DNA of 64,000 bases from Clostridiales bacterium (GTDB lineage: Bacteria > Bacillota > Clostridia > Lachnospirales > Lachnospiraceae): assembly GCA_029098165.1 (NCBI GenBank), contig JAQXNU010000206.1, positions 1,567 through 65,566 on the forward strand, written 5' to 3'. Positions 32,605 through 43,470 of this stretch are shown piece by piece. The position numbers were made by a program, and so were the translations under genes. The notes beneath the pieces were generated by a model, which had not been told where the DNA came from, ran no database searches, and worked only from the letters and a program-made list of their open reading frames with translations. Position 1 is the stretch's first letter. Each line of letters starts with the position of its first letter.

Positions 32605-33512
32605 AGGAAAACAGATGAATTTGAGGAACAGGCAAGGATTAATCTTTTAAGAAAATGAAGATGATCAAAGGGTATTTCATGATGTCAAAAAACATGGAAT
32701 GCTCTCTTTTTATACATTATCCAACAAAAAAAGCTTGATATTTCAATAACAATTATTTATTTATCGAGAATGGTTATAAAAAAACTCACAAATAGATAAA
32801 AGAAAAATTAATTATAGTAAGTCAAAATTTAAACTTTAATAAATGAAAAATCCACTTGATTGATTTTGCAATTTGTGATATTGTATAGATGCACTAATAA
32901 ATTCCATATTTTATTAGGCCAAATTAATTCAATTAATAAACTAATTTTAAAATACATAGTTCTTAATCGATGAGATCTTATTTTTAATCATACTCCAATT
33001 TATTTTCATATATTCTAGTTAACGACTAATCTAATTTCATGTTTTTACGTATTTTAATTCAGAACAAGGAAACATTTTTGAGAGTTTTCTTGTATATTGA
33101 GCTTACTGTTTTGAAGAGGGATATAAATCAGATACAAACTTAGAGGAAAGTATTAACATTCCTCAATCTTGTATAGACACATCACCCCAAGAGATTAAGT
33201 AATAGTACGGATCAACAAAAGCTTTCTATCAACCTACGATTTAAATTAAGAAAGTCGAGGTTCTAGTTCACTTGAAAATACCCACAGATTTTATAACCTG
33301 TTATTTATGTAGCATGCAGCAACCTTTCTATGTTTTCGTCATTCACGGTGACACTATGGAACATAAGGAAGTGATGTATGCAGCAAAAGCATGTCAGAGT
33401 CATTTTACAACCATACATTCAATGTGATTATGGTGTAAATGACCTGATCATGGTAACTATGGTGCTAAATAAATTTAGCATAAAAAGGGTAGCAAAAAAG
33501 GAGGTAAAACGA

Positions 33513-36500
33513 ATGAAGCGTAAACTAAGGCTGTGGTTAGCTATACTGATGAGTATAGTAACCGTTAGTGTTATGCCTGGCACTACAGCACTGGCCGCGC
33601 AAACGATTTACGACAATGACACGGGAACGCATGGAGGTTACAACTATGAGCTCTGGAAAGATTATGGAACTACGAGTATGACCTTGAATGATGGCGGTAC
33701 CTTTAGTTGTCAGTGGAGTAATATCGGCAATGCACTTTTCCGAAAAGGAAAGAAGTACAATTCAGACAAGACGTATCAGCAGTTAGGTGGTATATCCTGC
33801 GAATACTCTTGTAATTACAATCCATCTGGTAATTCCTATCTGTGTATTTACGGATGGACAAGAGAGCCACTTGTTGAGTATTACATCGTGGAAAGCTGGG
33901 GCAGCTGGCGTCCACCGGGATCGAATTCCAAAGGAACAATCACAGTAGATGGCGCTACTTATGATATCTATGAAACAACACGTGTTAACCAGCCATCCAT
34001 CGATGGTAACACAACATTCCAGCAGTACTGGAGTGTACGTCAAAACAAGAGAACCAGCGGTACGATCAACGTTAGCGAACACTTTAAACAGTGGGAAGCT
34101 AGAGGCATGCGTATGGGTAAGATGTACGAAGTCGCTCTTACCGTGGAAGGTTATCAGAGCAGTGGTAGTGCCAATGTAACAAAGAATAACATTTATGTTG
34201 GTACTAGTCCAAATCCAACTTCTAACCCAAATCCAGCACCTGACACCAGAAGTGCATTTACTACGATTGAAGCTGAAGAATATAACAGTGCAAATTCTTC
34301 AACAATCGAGGAAATCGGAACTTCAGGCAGTGGTAAGGGTATTGGTTACATAGAGAATGGTAACACCACTACTTACAAACAGATCGATTTTGGTAATGGG
34401 GCAAACAAATTTACTGCAACGGTAGCAACCGAGCAGGATACTACAATTCAGATTCGTTCTGGCAGTGCAACGGGAACATTGCTTGGAACGTTATCAGTTG
34501 GATCTACAGGCAGCTGGGATTCTTATAAAGAAATGTCAACAACAATCAGTAACATTTCAGGCAAAAAAGACATCGTTTTAGTATTCTCTGGTCCTGTGAA
34601 TGTTGACAATTTCGTTTTTAGTGGCAATGGTCAAGTTCAGCCTACTACTGGTCCAGAACCTACTTCTACGCCTAGTGGCGATCGAAGCGCATATTCAACG
34701 ATTCAGGCAGAAGATTATGATAGTAGCAATGCTACGAATATTCAGACGTTCAATTTAAGCCAGGGCGGAAGCGCTATTGGTTATATTGAGAATGGTAATG
34801 CAATCACATTTAAGAATGTTGATTTTAGCAATGGGGCAGCTTCTGTAACAGCAAAAGTTGCATCTCAGATGAGTAATACAACAATTCAAGTAAGAGCAGG
34901 CGGACAATATGGTACTTTACTTGGTACAATCTCCGTTCCTAATACGAACAGCTGGGATTCCTACCAGAACGTAACACAAAGTATCAGTAATGTTACAGGT
35001 GTAACGGATATCACTCTTGTATTCTCAGGTCCAGTTAACGTGGATTCCTTCGTATTTAAAGGTTCCAGTGTTGCTCCAACGGCAACACCAGTTCCAACAA
35101 CTGGTCCAAACCCAACGGCAACACCTACTCCACGTCCAACCGCAACACCAGTTCCTAATACACAGGATGCATACTCTAACATTCAGGCTGAAAATTATGA
35201 CAGCAAGAGTGGTTCCAATATGGAAACATTCAATTTAAGCAATGGTGGAAGTGCAATCGGTTACATCGAGAATGGTTACTCAACAACTTATAAGAATGTA
35301 AACTTTGGTGATACTGGTGCATTATCGATTACTGCAACAGTAGCAACTGAGCAGGATACTTCCATCCAGGTACGCGCAGGCGGATCGAATGGTACTTTAC
35401 TTGGAACAATCAATGTAGGTTCTACAGGTAGCTGGGATACGTATTCCAACGTTTCAGCTAGTATCTCTAAGACAACAGGTGTAAAAGATATTACTCTTGT
35501 TTTCTCGGGAGCTGTTAATGTAGATTCCTTTAAATTCAGTACAAAGAAAGCTTCGGGTGGTGGAAGTGGCAACACTCAGAATGCAACCTTGTTAAATACT
35601 TATGGTAGTTTATTAGGTAATATGGGTACCTGTATCAATTATAACGAGTTACAGGATTCCAACAGATTAAATGCATTAAAACAGCAGTACAACAGCATCA
35701 CTCTAGAAAATGAGATGAAACCAGATGCTATCTTAGGATCAAATCCAAGCTTAATTTCCGTTCAGGAAGCAAGAAACCTTGGTTACTATATCCCAAGCAA
35801 CTGGCAGGATTCTATGGTTCCAAGATTGAACTTTAGTACGGTTGATAATGTTATGAGAATCTGCTCTCAGAATGGTCTTAAGATGAGAGCTCATACTTTG
35901 GTATGGCATAGCCAGACACCAGGTTGGTTCTTTAGAAGTAATTTTAATGGCAGCTATGGCTTCGTAAGTACACAGGTTATGGATGCTCGTGAGGAATTCT
36001 ATGTTAAGTCCATGATCAATCATGTATATAACAATCAGTATGGTGATTGTGTTTATGCATGGGATGTTGTAAATGAGCATCTTCACGCTCAAAACTCTGG
36101 CTGGGCTGGTGTTTATGGCAATGCTAAGAATGCATCTTTCGTTAAGAATGCATTCCAGTATGCATCCGACGCTTTAAAAGCTCTTGGCAAGAGAAATAGC
36201 GTTAAGCTTTTCTACAACGATTACAATACTTATGAAGTAACGAACGATATCGTTAACTTAGTAAAATACATCAATCAGAATGGCAAGAATTGTGATGGTG
36301 TTGGTATGCAGGCACATTTGGATACAAGTTTCCCAAGTGCAGCAAGCTTTAAGTCAACAATTCAGACCTTCTTAAATAATGGATTTGAAGTTCAGATCAC
36401 AGAATTTGATGCTACAAACAACAATGAATCCACACAGGCAAGCTATTGCTATGATATCTTTAAAGGTATCTTAGATTGTGTAAAAGCGGGTGGCAACATC

Positions 36501-37745
36501 ACTGGTATCACTGTTTGGGGTATGTATGACAGCATCTCTTGGAGAGCAAGTCAGAATCCATTGTTATTTAGCGGTTTGAACCAGCCAAAACAGTCCTATA
36601 ATTCTGTATTAAAAGCTTATACTGATTCTGGTTTCTCAGTTGGCGAGGTCGGTACGAATGATCCAGATCCTGATGATGATCCAACTCCAACACCAACTGG
36701 TATACCATCCGGTAATATCAGTGCGACTGATAAGATTCAGGCAGAAGATTATGACAGCAACAATGCATCCAATATCGAAACATTTAATTTAAGTGAGGGT
36801 GGAAGCGCTATCGGTTACATTGAAAATGGTAATGCAATCACATTTAAGAATGTTGACTTTGGAGATGGCGTAGCATCCTTTAAAGCAAGAGTTGCAACAG
36901 AAAATTCTACAAGTATAGAAATTCATGCAAACAGTGTAAATGGCACATTATTAGGTACGTTATCCGTTGGTTCCACAGGAAGCTGGGATACTTATAGAGA
37001 GATGTCTACAAATGTTAGCAATATCACTGGAGTAAAAGATTTAGTTCTTGTATTCTCAGGTGCAGTTAATGTTGATTGGTTTACTTTCTCAAAATCTGGT
37101 TCTGCTCAAACAGATACCCCTGACTATACAGGCAAGAAGTTAGTTGCTATCACATTTGATGATGGCCCTAATACACAGACGACCCCTCAGATTCTTGATA
37201 TCTTAGAGCGTGAAGGCGTTGTTGCTTCCTTCTTCTTGATTGGTCAGAACATCAACGATAGCGTTAAATCTGTAATGCAACGTCAGTTGGCTTTAGGCTG
37301 TGAGCTTAACAATCATTCTTGGAGCCATAGTGATATGGGTAACATGAATTATCAGCAGTGTCAGCAGGAAATTCAAAATACAAGCAATAAGATTTATCAG
37401 ATGGTTGGAGTATATCCAAAGTTCTTCCGTCCACCTTATATTTCTACAAGCAATACAATGTATCAGGCAATCGATCTTCCATTTATCTGTGGAATGACTT
37501 GTAATGACTGGGAGAATTCAACTTCCGCATGGCAAAGATCACAGACCGTTTTAAACAACGTAAAAGATGGAGATATCATTTTGTTACATGACTTTGCAGG
37601 TAATAATCAGACAGTAGAAGCATTAAGTACGATTATTCAGGGATTAAAAGACCGTGGTTATGCATTTGTAACTGTTAGTCAGTTATTTGAACTTAAGGGC
37701 ATTAATCCTAAGCAAGAGTATAAGATGTGGAACGGAGCAAACTAA
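33513..37745 (+). CDS. Secreted multimodular xylanase/deacetylase: GH11-CBM6-CBM6-CBM6-GH10-CBM6-CE4
   Basis: Signal peptide. GH11 [10 protein letters not shown] and VEGYQSSG. Four (I/Q)xAE.Y..IGYIENG..GSW CBM6 repeats. GH10 ENEMKPD, WDVVNE, ITEFD. CE4 TFDDGP, HSWSH, FRPPY, LLHD. AGGAGGT RBS. Confidence 0.93.
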   Translation: MKRKLRLWLAILMSIVTVSVMPGTTALAAQTIYDNDTGTHGGYNYELWKDYGTTSMTLNDGGTFSCQWSNIGNALFRKGKKYNSDKTYQQLGGISCEYSCNYNPSGNSYLCIYGWTREPLVEYYIVESWGSWRPPGSNSKGTITVDGATYDIYETTRVNQPSIDGNTTFQQYWSVRQNKRTSGTINVSEHFKQWEARGMRMGKMYEVALTVEGYQSSGSANVTKNNIYVGTSPNPTSNPNPAPDTRSAFTTIEAEEYNSANSSTIEEIGTSGSGKGIGYIENGNTTTYKQIDFGNGANKFTATVATEQDTTIQIRSGSATGTLLGTLSVGSTGSWDSYKEMSTTISNISGKKDIVLVFSGPVNVDNFVFSGNGQVQPTTGPEPTSTPSGDRSAYSTIQAEDYDSSNATNIQTFNLSQGGSAIGYIENGNAITFKNVDFSNGAASVTAKVASQMSNTTIQVRAGGQYGTLLGTISVPNTNSWDSYQNVTQSISNVTGVTDITLVFSGPVNVDSFVFKGSSVAPTATPVPTTGPNPTATPTPRPTATPVPNTQDAYSNIQAENYDSKSGSNMETFNLSNGGSAIGYIENGYSTTYKNVNFGDTGALSITATVATEQDTSIQVRAGGSNGTLLGTINVGSTGSWDTYSNVSASISKTTGVKDITLVFSGAVNVDSFKFSTKKASGGGSGNTQNATLLNTYGSLLGNMGTCINYNELQDSNRLNALKQQYNSITLENEMKPDAILGSNPSLISVQEARNLGYYIPSNWQDSMVPRLNFSTVDNVMRICSQNGLKMRAHTLVWHSQTPGWFFRSNFNGSYGFVSTQVMDAREEFYVKSMINHVYNNQYGDCVYAWDVVNEHLHAQNSGWAGVYGNAKNASFVKNAFQYASDALKALGKRNSVKLFYNDYNTYEVTNDIVNLVKYINQNGKNCDGVGMQAHLDTSFPSAASFKSTIQTFLNNGFEVQITEFDATNNNESTQASYCYDIFKGILDCVKAGGNITGITVWGMYDSISWRASQNPLLFSGLNQPKQSYNSVLKAYTDSGFSVGEVGTNDPDPDDDPTPTPTGIPSGNISATDKIQAEDYDSNNASNIETFNLSEGGSAIGYIENGNAITFKNVDFGDGVASFKARVATENSTSIEIHANSVNGTLLGTLSVGSTGSWDTYREMSTNVSNITGVKDLVLVFSGAVNVDWFTFSKSGSAQTDTPDYTGKKLVAITFDDGPNTQTTPQILDILEREGVVASFFLIGQNINDSVKSVMQRQLALGCELNNHSWSHSDMGNMNYQQCQQEIQNTSNKIYQMVGVYPKFFRPPYISTSNTMYQAIDLPFICGMTCNDWENSTSAWQRSQTVLNNVKDGDIILLHDFAGNNQTVEALSTIIQGLKDRGYAFVTVSQLFELKGINPKQEYKMWNGAN

Positions 37746-37756
37746 ATAGGTAATTT

Positions 37757-37789
37757 AAAAGGACTGTTGCAATTGGCAACAGCCCTTTT
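37757..37789 (+). terminator. Intrinsic terminator
   Basis: AAAAGGACTGTTGC-aattg-GCAACAGCCCTTTT. Confidence 0.8.
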
Positions 37790-37829
37790 GTATCTCATTC
37801 ATATACTCCTATAAGATGTAGATCAATTT

Positions 37830-37858
37830 TTGACAACAAGTTTTACATGTACTAAAAT
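37830..37858 (+). promoter_or_regulatory. Sigma-A promoter
   Basis: TTGACA, 17 bp, TAAAAT. Confidence 0.8.
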
Positions 37859-37945
37859 AGTATTGGAACGTTTTATAGATTAATATTGTATGTGATCGTA
37901 CATACGAATTGGCTATATAGAAATCTTAATGGTAGGAGTATAAAT

Positions 37946-40018
37946 ATGAGTGCATTACATTTAATTCATGAGGTAGAACAAGGAAATCTTAGTGTCTTAA
38001 AGTCAGAACCTTGGCTGAAGTTTTTATTTTTAAATGATTCAACCGAAAACTTAAATATGGATAACTTTGATCGTGTGGGAGCGAGAACGAAAAATGCAGT
38101 TTTCGATTATGTAAAGAAGACGTTGCAGGTTTTAGAGAAAATCAAGATCACACTGACTCCAAGAGAATACAAGATTGTGGAACAAGTCTTAAGCTGGTCG
38201 GAAGTGGCGAAGTGTGGAAACCGAGCAACGCGATCTCAGTGGAGAAAAAAGGGATACAATCTAAGAATACATAACCTCGGTTCGGCACAGATTTACAAAG
38301 AATATGCAAATGGTAACAAGGAAGAGTTGATCTGCACGTTAATTCGTACCCATGGCTATCTTGGACAGATTATTCGTGGAGAATCTAAGATGCATGAGAA
38401 TGTCACTATTTATGAGTATGTTAAGAAGCATAATATTGATTTTAATATGAAACATGTATTACAAGCCTTAAATCAGTGCATCATTGAGGCAATATCAGAA
38501 ACGCTATATCAGAGGATTCAACCTAAGCTTGAGGAGAAAATCGAGTTGATCCTTCAGGGAAAATTCAAGGAGATGGAGCCAGAAGTTCGATTGAAGGGGC
38601 TTCGTTCAAAAGCAATTGCTAATGGAGAAGATTTCACAAAGGAATGGAATCAGTTAACCAAAGCCCATCCAGAGTTAAAGGCTAAGATGATTGCTATCCT
38701 TGACCAAAATAATCTATGGTATGTGGAAGCAGCCACCAGCTCCTATCGTTTAGAACATCTTCTAAAACTGTTAATTATCGCAGATATTCAGGAAAATTCC
38801 AAGGTGAAGGACATTTCATTTATTGATGTTATGAATACGATTTATTATGATTATCAAGGGAAAAAGAGAGTTAACGTCTATAAAGCTAGAATTATAGAGC
38901 ATTTACTTGACTCGATTCCGATGGAACAGTTACTGAAAAAGAATCATGAGAACAATCTGCAACTTTCCAATGAGCATCTGGAGATTAAAGTTGTAATTGA
39001 AGATGATATTGCAAGAATTTGCTTCGTATTTTCAAAAATGGCAGAAGCTTTGATTGAATTTTGTATGGCATCTGAAGGACAAGGGTCGATTTACGATAAG
39101 GCCATCATTATGTTATATGATTTATTTGGGTTACGTAGAGATGCGTATGACCGATTTAATAATGAAGACCATTATCTCGAACAGATGAATCAGTCCATTG
39201 GCTTTAAGGAAATCCTGTTAAATTATGTGGCAGGAGAGCGAATTGTGGATATCGGTCCTGGTGGTGGTGCTTTAATGGATCGTTTAGAAGAGAGATATCC
39301 AGACAAACAGATTCTAGGAATCGATATTTCAGAAAATGTAATCGAAGAATTGACGCATAAGAAGAACCGAGAACATAAGAAATGGGAAGTATATCAGGGA
39401 AATGCGTTAAATCTTAAGGAACTATTCGGAAAAGATCCAGTCGATACGATCATTCTGTCTTCAATTGTTCATGAATTATTCAGCTATATCGAATTTGATG
39501 GGAAGAGATACAATTATGAAACATTAAAGACTGCATTTCGAAGTATGTTTGAAGTCTTAAATGTTGGTGGAAGAATCTGTATCCGAGATGGCGTAATGAC
39601 CGAACCGAAGGATATGGTTCGTCAGATTCGTTTTAAGAATGTTGAGGATCGTCAAATCTTAGATGATTACTGCCACGATTTTAAGGGAAGAGAAGTACGT
39701 TATACGGAGCTTGCGAAAGATCTAGTAAGTATGAAGGTAAACGATGCAATGGAATTTCTATATACGTATACTTGGGGAAAAGATAGCTATTCTCATGAAA
39801 TCGAAGAGCAGTTTGGCTACTATACACCGACAGAATACGTTGAATTATTCAAGGAGCTCTTTGGTGAGAAAATCCGTATTGTAGAAATAAAACACTATTT
39901 ACAGGAAGGGTATGCAGAAAATCTATTACCAAAGGTTGATTTTATGGATGAAGAAGGCAAAAATGTACAACTTCCAGACAGTACGCTGATTCTGGTGATT
40001 GAAAAGGTTGCAGAGTAG
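37946..40018 (+). CDS. Large protein: uncharacterised (possibly degenerate HD-fold) N-terminus plus class I SAM methyltransferase
   Basis: IVDIGPGGG, LGIDIS, GNAL, IILSSIVHE, GGRICIRD in the C-terminal third; GTAGGAG RBS. Confidence 0.8.
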   Translation: MSALHLIHEVEQGNLSVLKSEPWLKFLFLNDSTENLNMDNFDRVGARTKNAVFDYVKKTLQVLEKIKITLTPREYKIVEQVLSWSEVAKCGNRATRSQWRKKGYNLRIHNLGSAQIYKEYANGNKEELICTLIRTHGYLGQIIRGESKMHENVTIYEYVKKHNIDFNMKHVLQALNQCIIEAISETLYQRIQPKLEEKIELILQGKFKEMEPEVRLKGLRSKAIANGEDFTKEWNQLTKAHPELKAKMIAILDQNNLWYVEAATSSYRLEHLLKLLIIADIQENSKVKDISFIDVMNTIYYDYQGKKRVNVYKARIIEHLLDSIPMEQLLKKNHENNLQLSNEHLEIKVVIEDDIARICFVFSKMAEALIEFCMASEGQGSIYDKAIIMLYDLFGLRRDAYDRFNNEDHYLEQMNQSIGFKEILLNYVAGERIVDIGPGGGALMDRLEERYPDKQILGIDISENVIEELTHKKNREHKKWEVYQGNALNLKELFGKDPVDTIILSSIVHELFSYIEFDGKRYNYETLKTAFRSMFEVLNVGGRICIRDGVMTEPKDMVRQIRFKNVEDRQILDDYCHDFKGREVRYTELAKDLVSMKVNDAMEFLYTYTWGKDSYSHEIEEQFGYYTPTEYVELFKELFGEKIRIVEIKHYLQEGYAENLLPKVDFMDEEGKNVQLPDSTLILVIEKVAE

Positions 40019-40239
40019 GAATCTGACTTCACAAAAATAAAATTTAATAATTTGGATAACATGTCTTGTGTATAGTAATGCCATTTAATGAGATTTTACG
40101 TTATATAATGTTGTAAATTTTCCTACAAAAGACTCAAAAATAGGCGAATCAGTGGGCTTTATTTGCTTTTTAGATGGATAATCGAGATATATGATTCTTC
40201 ATGCTTAACAAATATTTTGCTGAAATTGACAAATATACC

Positions 40240-40269
40240 TTGACAATTATAAACATAATGATTTATAAT
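40240..40269 (+). promoter_or_regulatory. Sigma-A promoter of the riboswitch leader
   Basis: TTGACA (40240), 18 bp, TATAAT (40264). Confidence 0.7.
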
Positions 40270-40284
40270 ATTACATATCGTGAA

Positions 40285-40402
40285 TAGGTTGAGCAAACTT
40301 ACAGAAATGTGAGGACGCAAAGCTCGAAGTCTAACAAAACAGAAATATCTGTTTTTATGATCGTTCAGCTGCAAAGTGTTTTATAACTTTGTAGCTTTTT
40401 TT
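40285..40402 (+). ncRNA. c-di-GMP-I (GEMM) riboswitch 1 with intrinsic terminator
   Basis: GCAAAC-TTACA-GAAA-TGTGAG-GACGCAAAGC...GTCTAA...ATGAT...GCTGC; terminator GCTGCAAAGT/ACTTTGTAGC plus T7. Confidence 0.9.
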
Positions 40403-40511
40403 ACGTTTATAAGAGAATACAAAGCTACGTACATAGGTGAAACAGTACAAAACGAGAAAATTGATGGATTCTGCGGGGATGAAATTAATAGAAGAAACTG
40501 TTGAAACTGAA

Positions 40512-40632
40512 TAGAAAGTGGGCAAACTTACAGAAATGTAAGGACGCAAAGCTTGAAGTCTAAGAAAACATAAGATTATATGTTTTTATGACCGTTCGGC
40601 TGCAAAGTTTAATTTACTTTGCAGTTTTTTTT
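40512..40632 (+). ncRNA. c-di-GMP-I (GEMM) riboswitch 2 with intrinsic terminator
   Basis: GGCAAAC-TTACA-GAAA-TGTAAG-GACGCAAAGC...GTCTAA...ATGAC...GGCTGC; terminator CTGCAAAGT/ACTTTGCAG plus T8. Confidence 0.92.
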
Positions 40633-40721
40633 ATTCAGTAATGTTGCTTTTTATCGAATAAGTGTAGTTATTGTGTTTCTTGTAGGCTATATCATTGATC
40701 AGTCAGGAAAGGATGAAAGGT

Positions 40722-41570
40722 ATGAAGGGGATATTATCATTTGTAAAAACTAATTTGGCTAAGGTACCATCCATGAAGTTAAATGGAATTCGAGAATCTC
40801 AGAATCACTATGACGAGGATACTTCTACAAGCTTTAAAGGAAACTTAGAGATTTCGGATGGAGTCATTGCGTTGGTAGCTCCAATGGGAAGAGATAATTT
40901 GATGGAGAGTGCTCAAGAGATTACGATGGAGGTAGCAGGAAATCGCAAAGAAGCCAAAGAAAATGTACAAGATGCTTTCTTGGATTTAGAACCAGTTGTA
41001 GAACCAGGTACTTTTCAAGTTAGCATCAATAAAAAGAATAATAATGATATTTCTGTTAATGGTGCTTTTTATGATACCCTTGTAAATACTTCCTACGATG
41101 TAATGGCTAAGATTGATAGTATCAAAGGGCAATTAGGACTAAATAATCCGGCAACAGAATTAGTGCTTGGAATGGAAAATGAGATTAGTTCTGTTAAGAC
41201 ATATCTATATAAACAGTATTATAAAAATATCGAAGTCCTTGGTTATACGGTAAAAGCGTCGATGGATTATAATGCAAATGAGTTAGGTATTGAATCTTGT
41301 TTAATCCAAAGTGAGGCACTTGTAAAGAATATTGAAACAATTGTTCCGAAGTTATCGGAAAAGGAGACAAGTGAATGGATTCGTACTCTGTATCCAGAAG
41401 CTACAAAGATTATATCTTCTTTGATCATTTATCCAGATAAATATGGTAAGAGTTTGAAATTAGCTTATCTGTCTTATCTTTATAATCAAAATGATCGTAG
41501 TAGAAGACAGCAGATTATTACGGATGCCAATACTGGAGAAATAATTTACGAAGATGATATGTGTTTTTAG
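40722..41570 (+). CDS. Stand-alone FTP/PepSY-like (M4/M36 protease propeptide-like) protein
   Basis: TYLYKQYYKNIEVLGYTV resembles the FTP motif; LIIYP..LAY...ITDANTGEII resembles PepSY. No HExxH. Confidence 0.6.
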   Translation: MKGILSFVKTNLAKVPSMKLNGIRESQNHYDEDTSTSFKGNLEISDGVIALVAPMGRDNLMESAQEITMEVAGNRKEAKENVQDAFLDLEPVVEPGTFQVSINKKNNNDISVNGAFYDTLVNTSYDVMAKIDSIKGQLGLNNPATELVLGMENEISSVKTYLYKQYYKNIEVLGYTVKASMDYNANELGIESCLIQSEALVKNIETIVPKLSEKETSEWIRTLYPEATKIISSLIIYPDKYGKSLKLAYLSYLYNQNDRSRRQQIITDANTGEIIYEDDMCF

Positions 41571-41644
41571 TCGGATGGAACTAGATGGTATCATATGCAT
41601 GGATTGATACGATGCGAGCCTTAATTTAATATATGGTTGCTACT

Positions 41645-41690
41645 ACAAGAAGATGGAGTCTAATTGCAAGGTTAGACTCCATCTTCTTGT
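41645..41690. terminator. Perfect 19-bp hairpin
   Basis: ACAAGAAGATGGAGTCTAA-ttgcaagg-TTAGACTCCATCTTCTTGT. Confidence 0.75.
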
Positions 41691-41907
41691 TTCATGGGAT
41701 GTTTCTATGTGGAGAAAAATTAATTCGAGATACTTCTACTTACGTCGTTGAATCTGATACATTTAATGGAGTAGAAACTTGTCAAATCAAACCCAAATAT
41801 GGCAAAATAAATAGAATTGATGCAAGTTGGCTTCAATAATTTGTTGAATAAATATAAAAATGCCATAAAAACTGTGAAAATTTTATAAAAATTAGTGAAT
41901 TTTTACA

Positions 41908-41984
41908 TTGTATTTTTGGGTCGATAAGCATATGATATGTTCAAATAGAGAATAACTTTTGTGTTCCATAATAATTCTCTATTG
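41908..41984 (+). promoter_or_regulatory. Promoter and 5' leader hairpin of the V-ATPase operon
   Basis: TTGTAT, 17 bp, TATGAT (41931); AATAGAGAAT/ATTCTCTATT inverted repeat at 41944-41984. Confidence 0.55.
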
Positions 41985-42017
41985 ACCACCCAGAATTTCT
42001 AGGAAAGAAGGGATTCA

Positions 42018-42329
42018 ATGAAAAACATTTTAGGTCTAGTTGCCGAGGTGGAGGATAAGGCTGTCGCAATACTAGATTCTGCGAAGGCACAAAAACAAAG
42101 GTTAAAGGAGGAAGAAAGCAAAAAGAGAGAAGACCTCGAAGCAAGAAAAAGAGAGGAATATCAGAAGCAGGTTTCCATGTATCAAAGTGAATTAGACAAG
42201 AAAACCGAAATAGAGATCCAAACATTAGAAGAACAGGTCAAGCACAACAAAGAAGCCTTGAATTCTTACTATGAGAATAACAAGAACCTGTTAGTGAGTC
42301 AGTTGACGAAACAAGTGATTGGAGAGTGA
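42018..42329 (+). CDS. V/A-type ATPase peripheral-stalk subunit G/H-like
   Basis: 103-aa charged coiled coil (EVEDKA..IL..AK); first gene of the operon. Confidence 0.75.
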   Translation: MKNILGLVAEVEDKAVAILDSAKAQKQRLKEEESKKREDLEARKREEYQKQVSMYQSELDKKTEIEIQTLEEQVKHNKEALNSYYENNKNLLVSQLTKQVIGE

Positions 42330-42333
42330 GGAT

Positions 42334-43371
42334 ATGTCAGGAAGCTTAAGAAAATATAGCGGAATCACTACCAAATCCAAGGCAAAGCAGGGAAAGCTTT
42401 TTAAAGAAGAAGATTACGAGGAACTTATGTCGCTTGGGAGTGTCAGAGAGTACGTGTTGTATCTGAAGAATACGGATGCTTACCGTTCTTACTTTGAATC
42501 ATTTAATGAGAATATTGTACATAGAGGTCAGATTGAAAAGACCTTAAAAGCAACTTTATATGAGAGCTATGAGTCGCTGTATCGTTTTGCAGATAGGAAA
42601 CAAAGAAAACAGTTGGCACTTGTTTATCTTCATTATGAGATCAGCATGCTTAGCGAATGCTTAGAACGATTATATAGTAAGACGATTGACATCGATTATA
42701 AGGCTTATGCCAGAGTTTTAAATGACCATATAGCCATACCGATGGAAAAATTAGTCGAAGCGAAGACGATTGACGAATTTATCGCGGATTTAAAGGGAAC
42801 ACCTTACGAAAATGTATTACAGCCAATCGTAAATAGTAAAAACTATACATTATTTGACCTATTGATGCATTTGAACTGTTATTATTATAAGACAGTTTGG
42901 AAACTCAAAGACAAGGTGTTGGATAAGTCTCAAGATAAATCATTTACAAAGTGCATTGGTACGAAAATTGACATTATGAACATTATGATGATCTATCGAT
43001 GCAAGAAGTATTATCAGGTTGATCGTACTAAGATGATCGCTATTTTAATACCAGTTAATTATAAATTAAAGAAAGAACAGTTAAAAGAGCTTATGGCAGC
43101 CGAAACTGTATCTGATTTTATAGCAAAGTTACAGGAGACCGAGTATAAGGTTCCTGGTGAACACATCACGCAAGAGGATATGGAACGTGCATACTATAAG
43201 AAAACCGTGAAGATGTATACCGATAGCAAGGCTCAGGATCCACTGAGCATGGCACCGATCTTCTGCTATCTATTTCAAAAAGAAAGAGAATTGGACAATT
43301 TGACGACCATACTCGAGGGAATTCGCTACGGTATGGATCGAGCAAAGATTCGAGAGTATTTGATCTTATAG
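42334..43371 (+). CDS. ntpC: V/A-type ATPase subunit C (d)
   Basis: Helical 345-aa protein ending YLFQKERELDNLTTILEGIRY; operon position. Confidence 0.88.
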   Translation: MSGSLRKYSGITTKSKAKQGKLFKEEDYEELMSLGSVREYVLYLKNTDAYRSYFESFNENIVHRGQIEKTLKATLYESYESLYRFADRKQRKQLALVYLHYEISMLSECLERLYSKTIDIDYKAYARVLNDHIAIPMEKLVEAKTIDEFIADLKGTPYENVLQPIVNSKNYTLFDLLMHLNCYYYKTVWKLKDKVLDKSQDKSFTKCIGTKIDIMNIMMIYRCKKYYQVDRTKMIAILIPVNYKLKKEQLKELMAAETVSDFIAKLQETEYKVPGEHITQEDMERAYYKKTVKMYTDSKAQDPLSMAPIFCYLFQKERELDNLTTILEGIRYGMDRAKIREYLIL

Positions 43372-43470
43372 GAGAAATTCATTTATAAGATTATGAAAGA
43401 GCACAGATATCGTGCGCAGCGTATAGTTTCTTACACTTTTGTTGAAATATGACATAGGAGGTAATTCACC

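Noticed and set aside
32605-33512. XylR operator or cre site upstream of the xylanase
   Set aside because: Only half-matches (e.g. AATAAACTAA at 32935) in very AT-rich DNA; not supportable.
37843-37852. TTACATGTAC as a member of the palindrome family
   Set aside because: Single unpaired copy inside a promoter spacer; may be chance.
41937-42017. Na+ or other known riboswitch before the V-ATPase operon
   Set aside because: Only a single 10-bp AT-rich hairpin; no aptamer consensus I can recognise.
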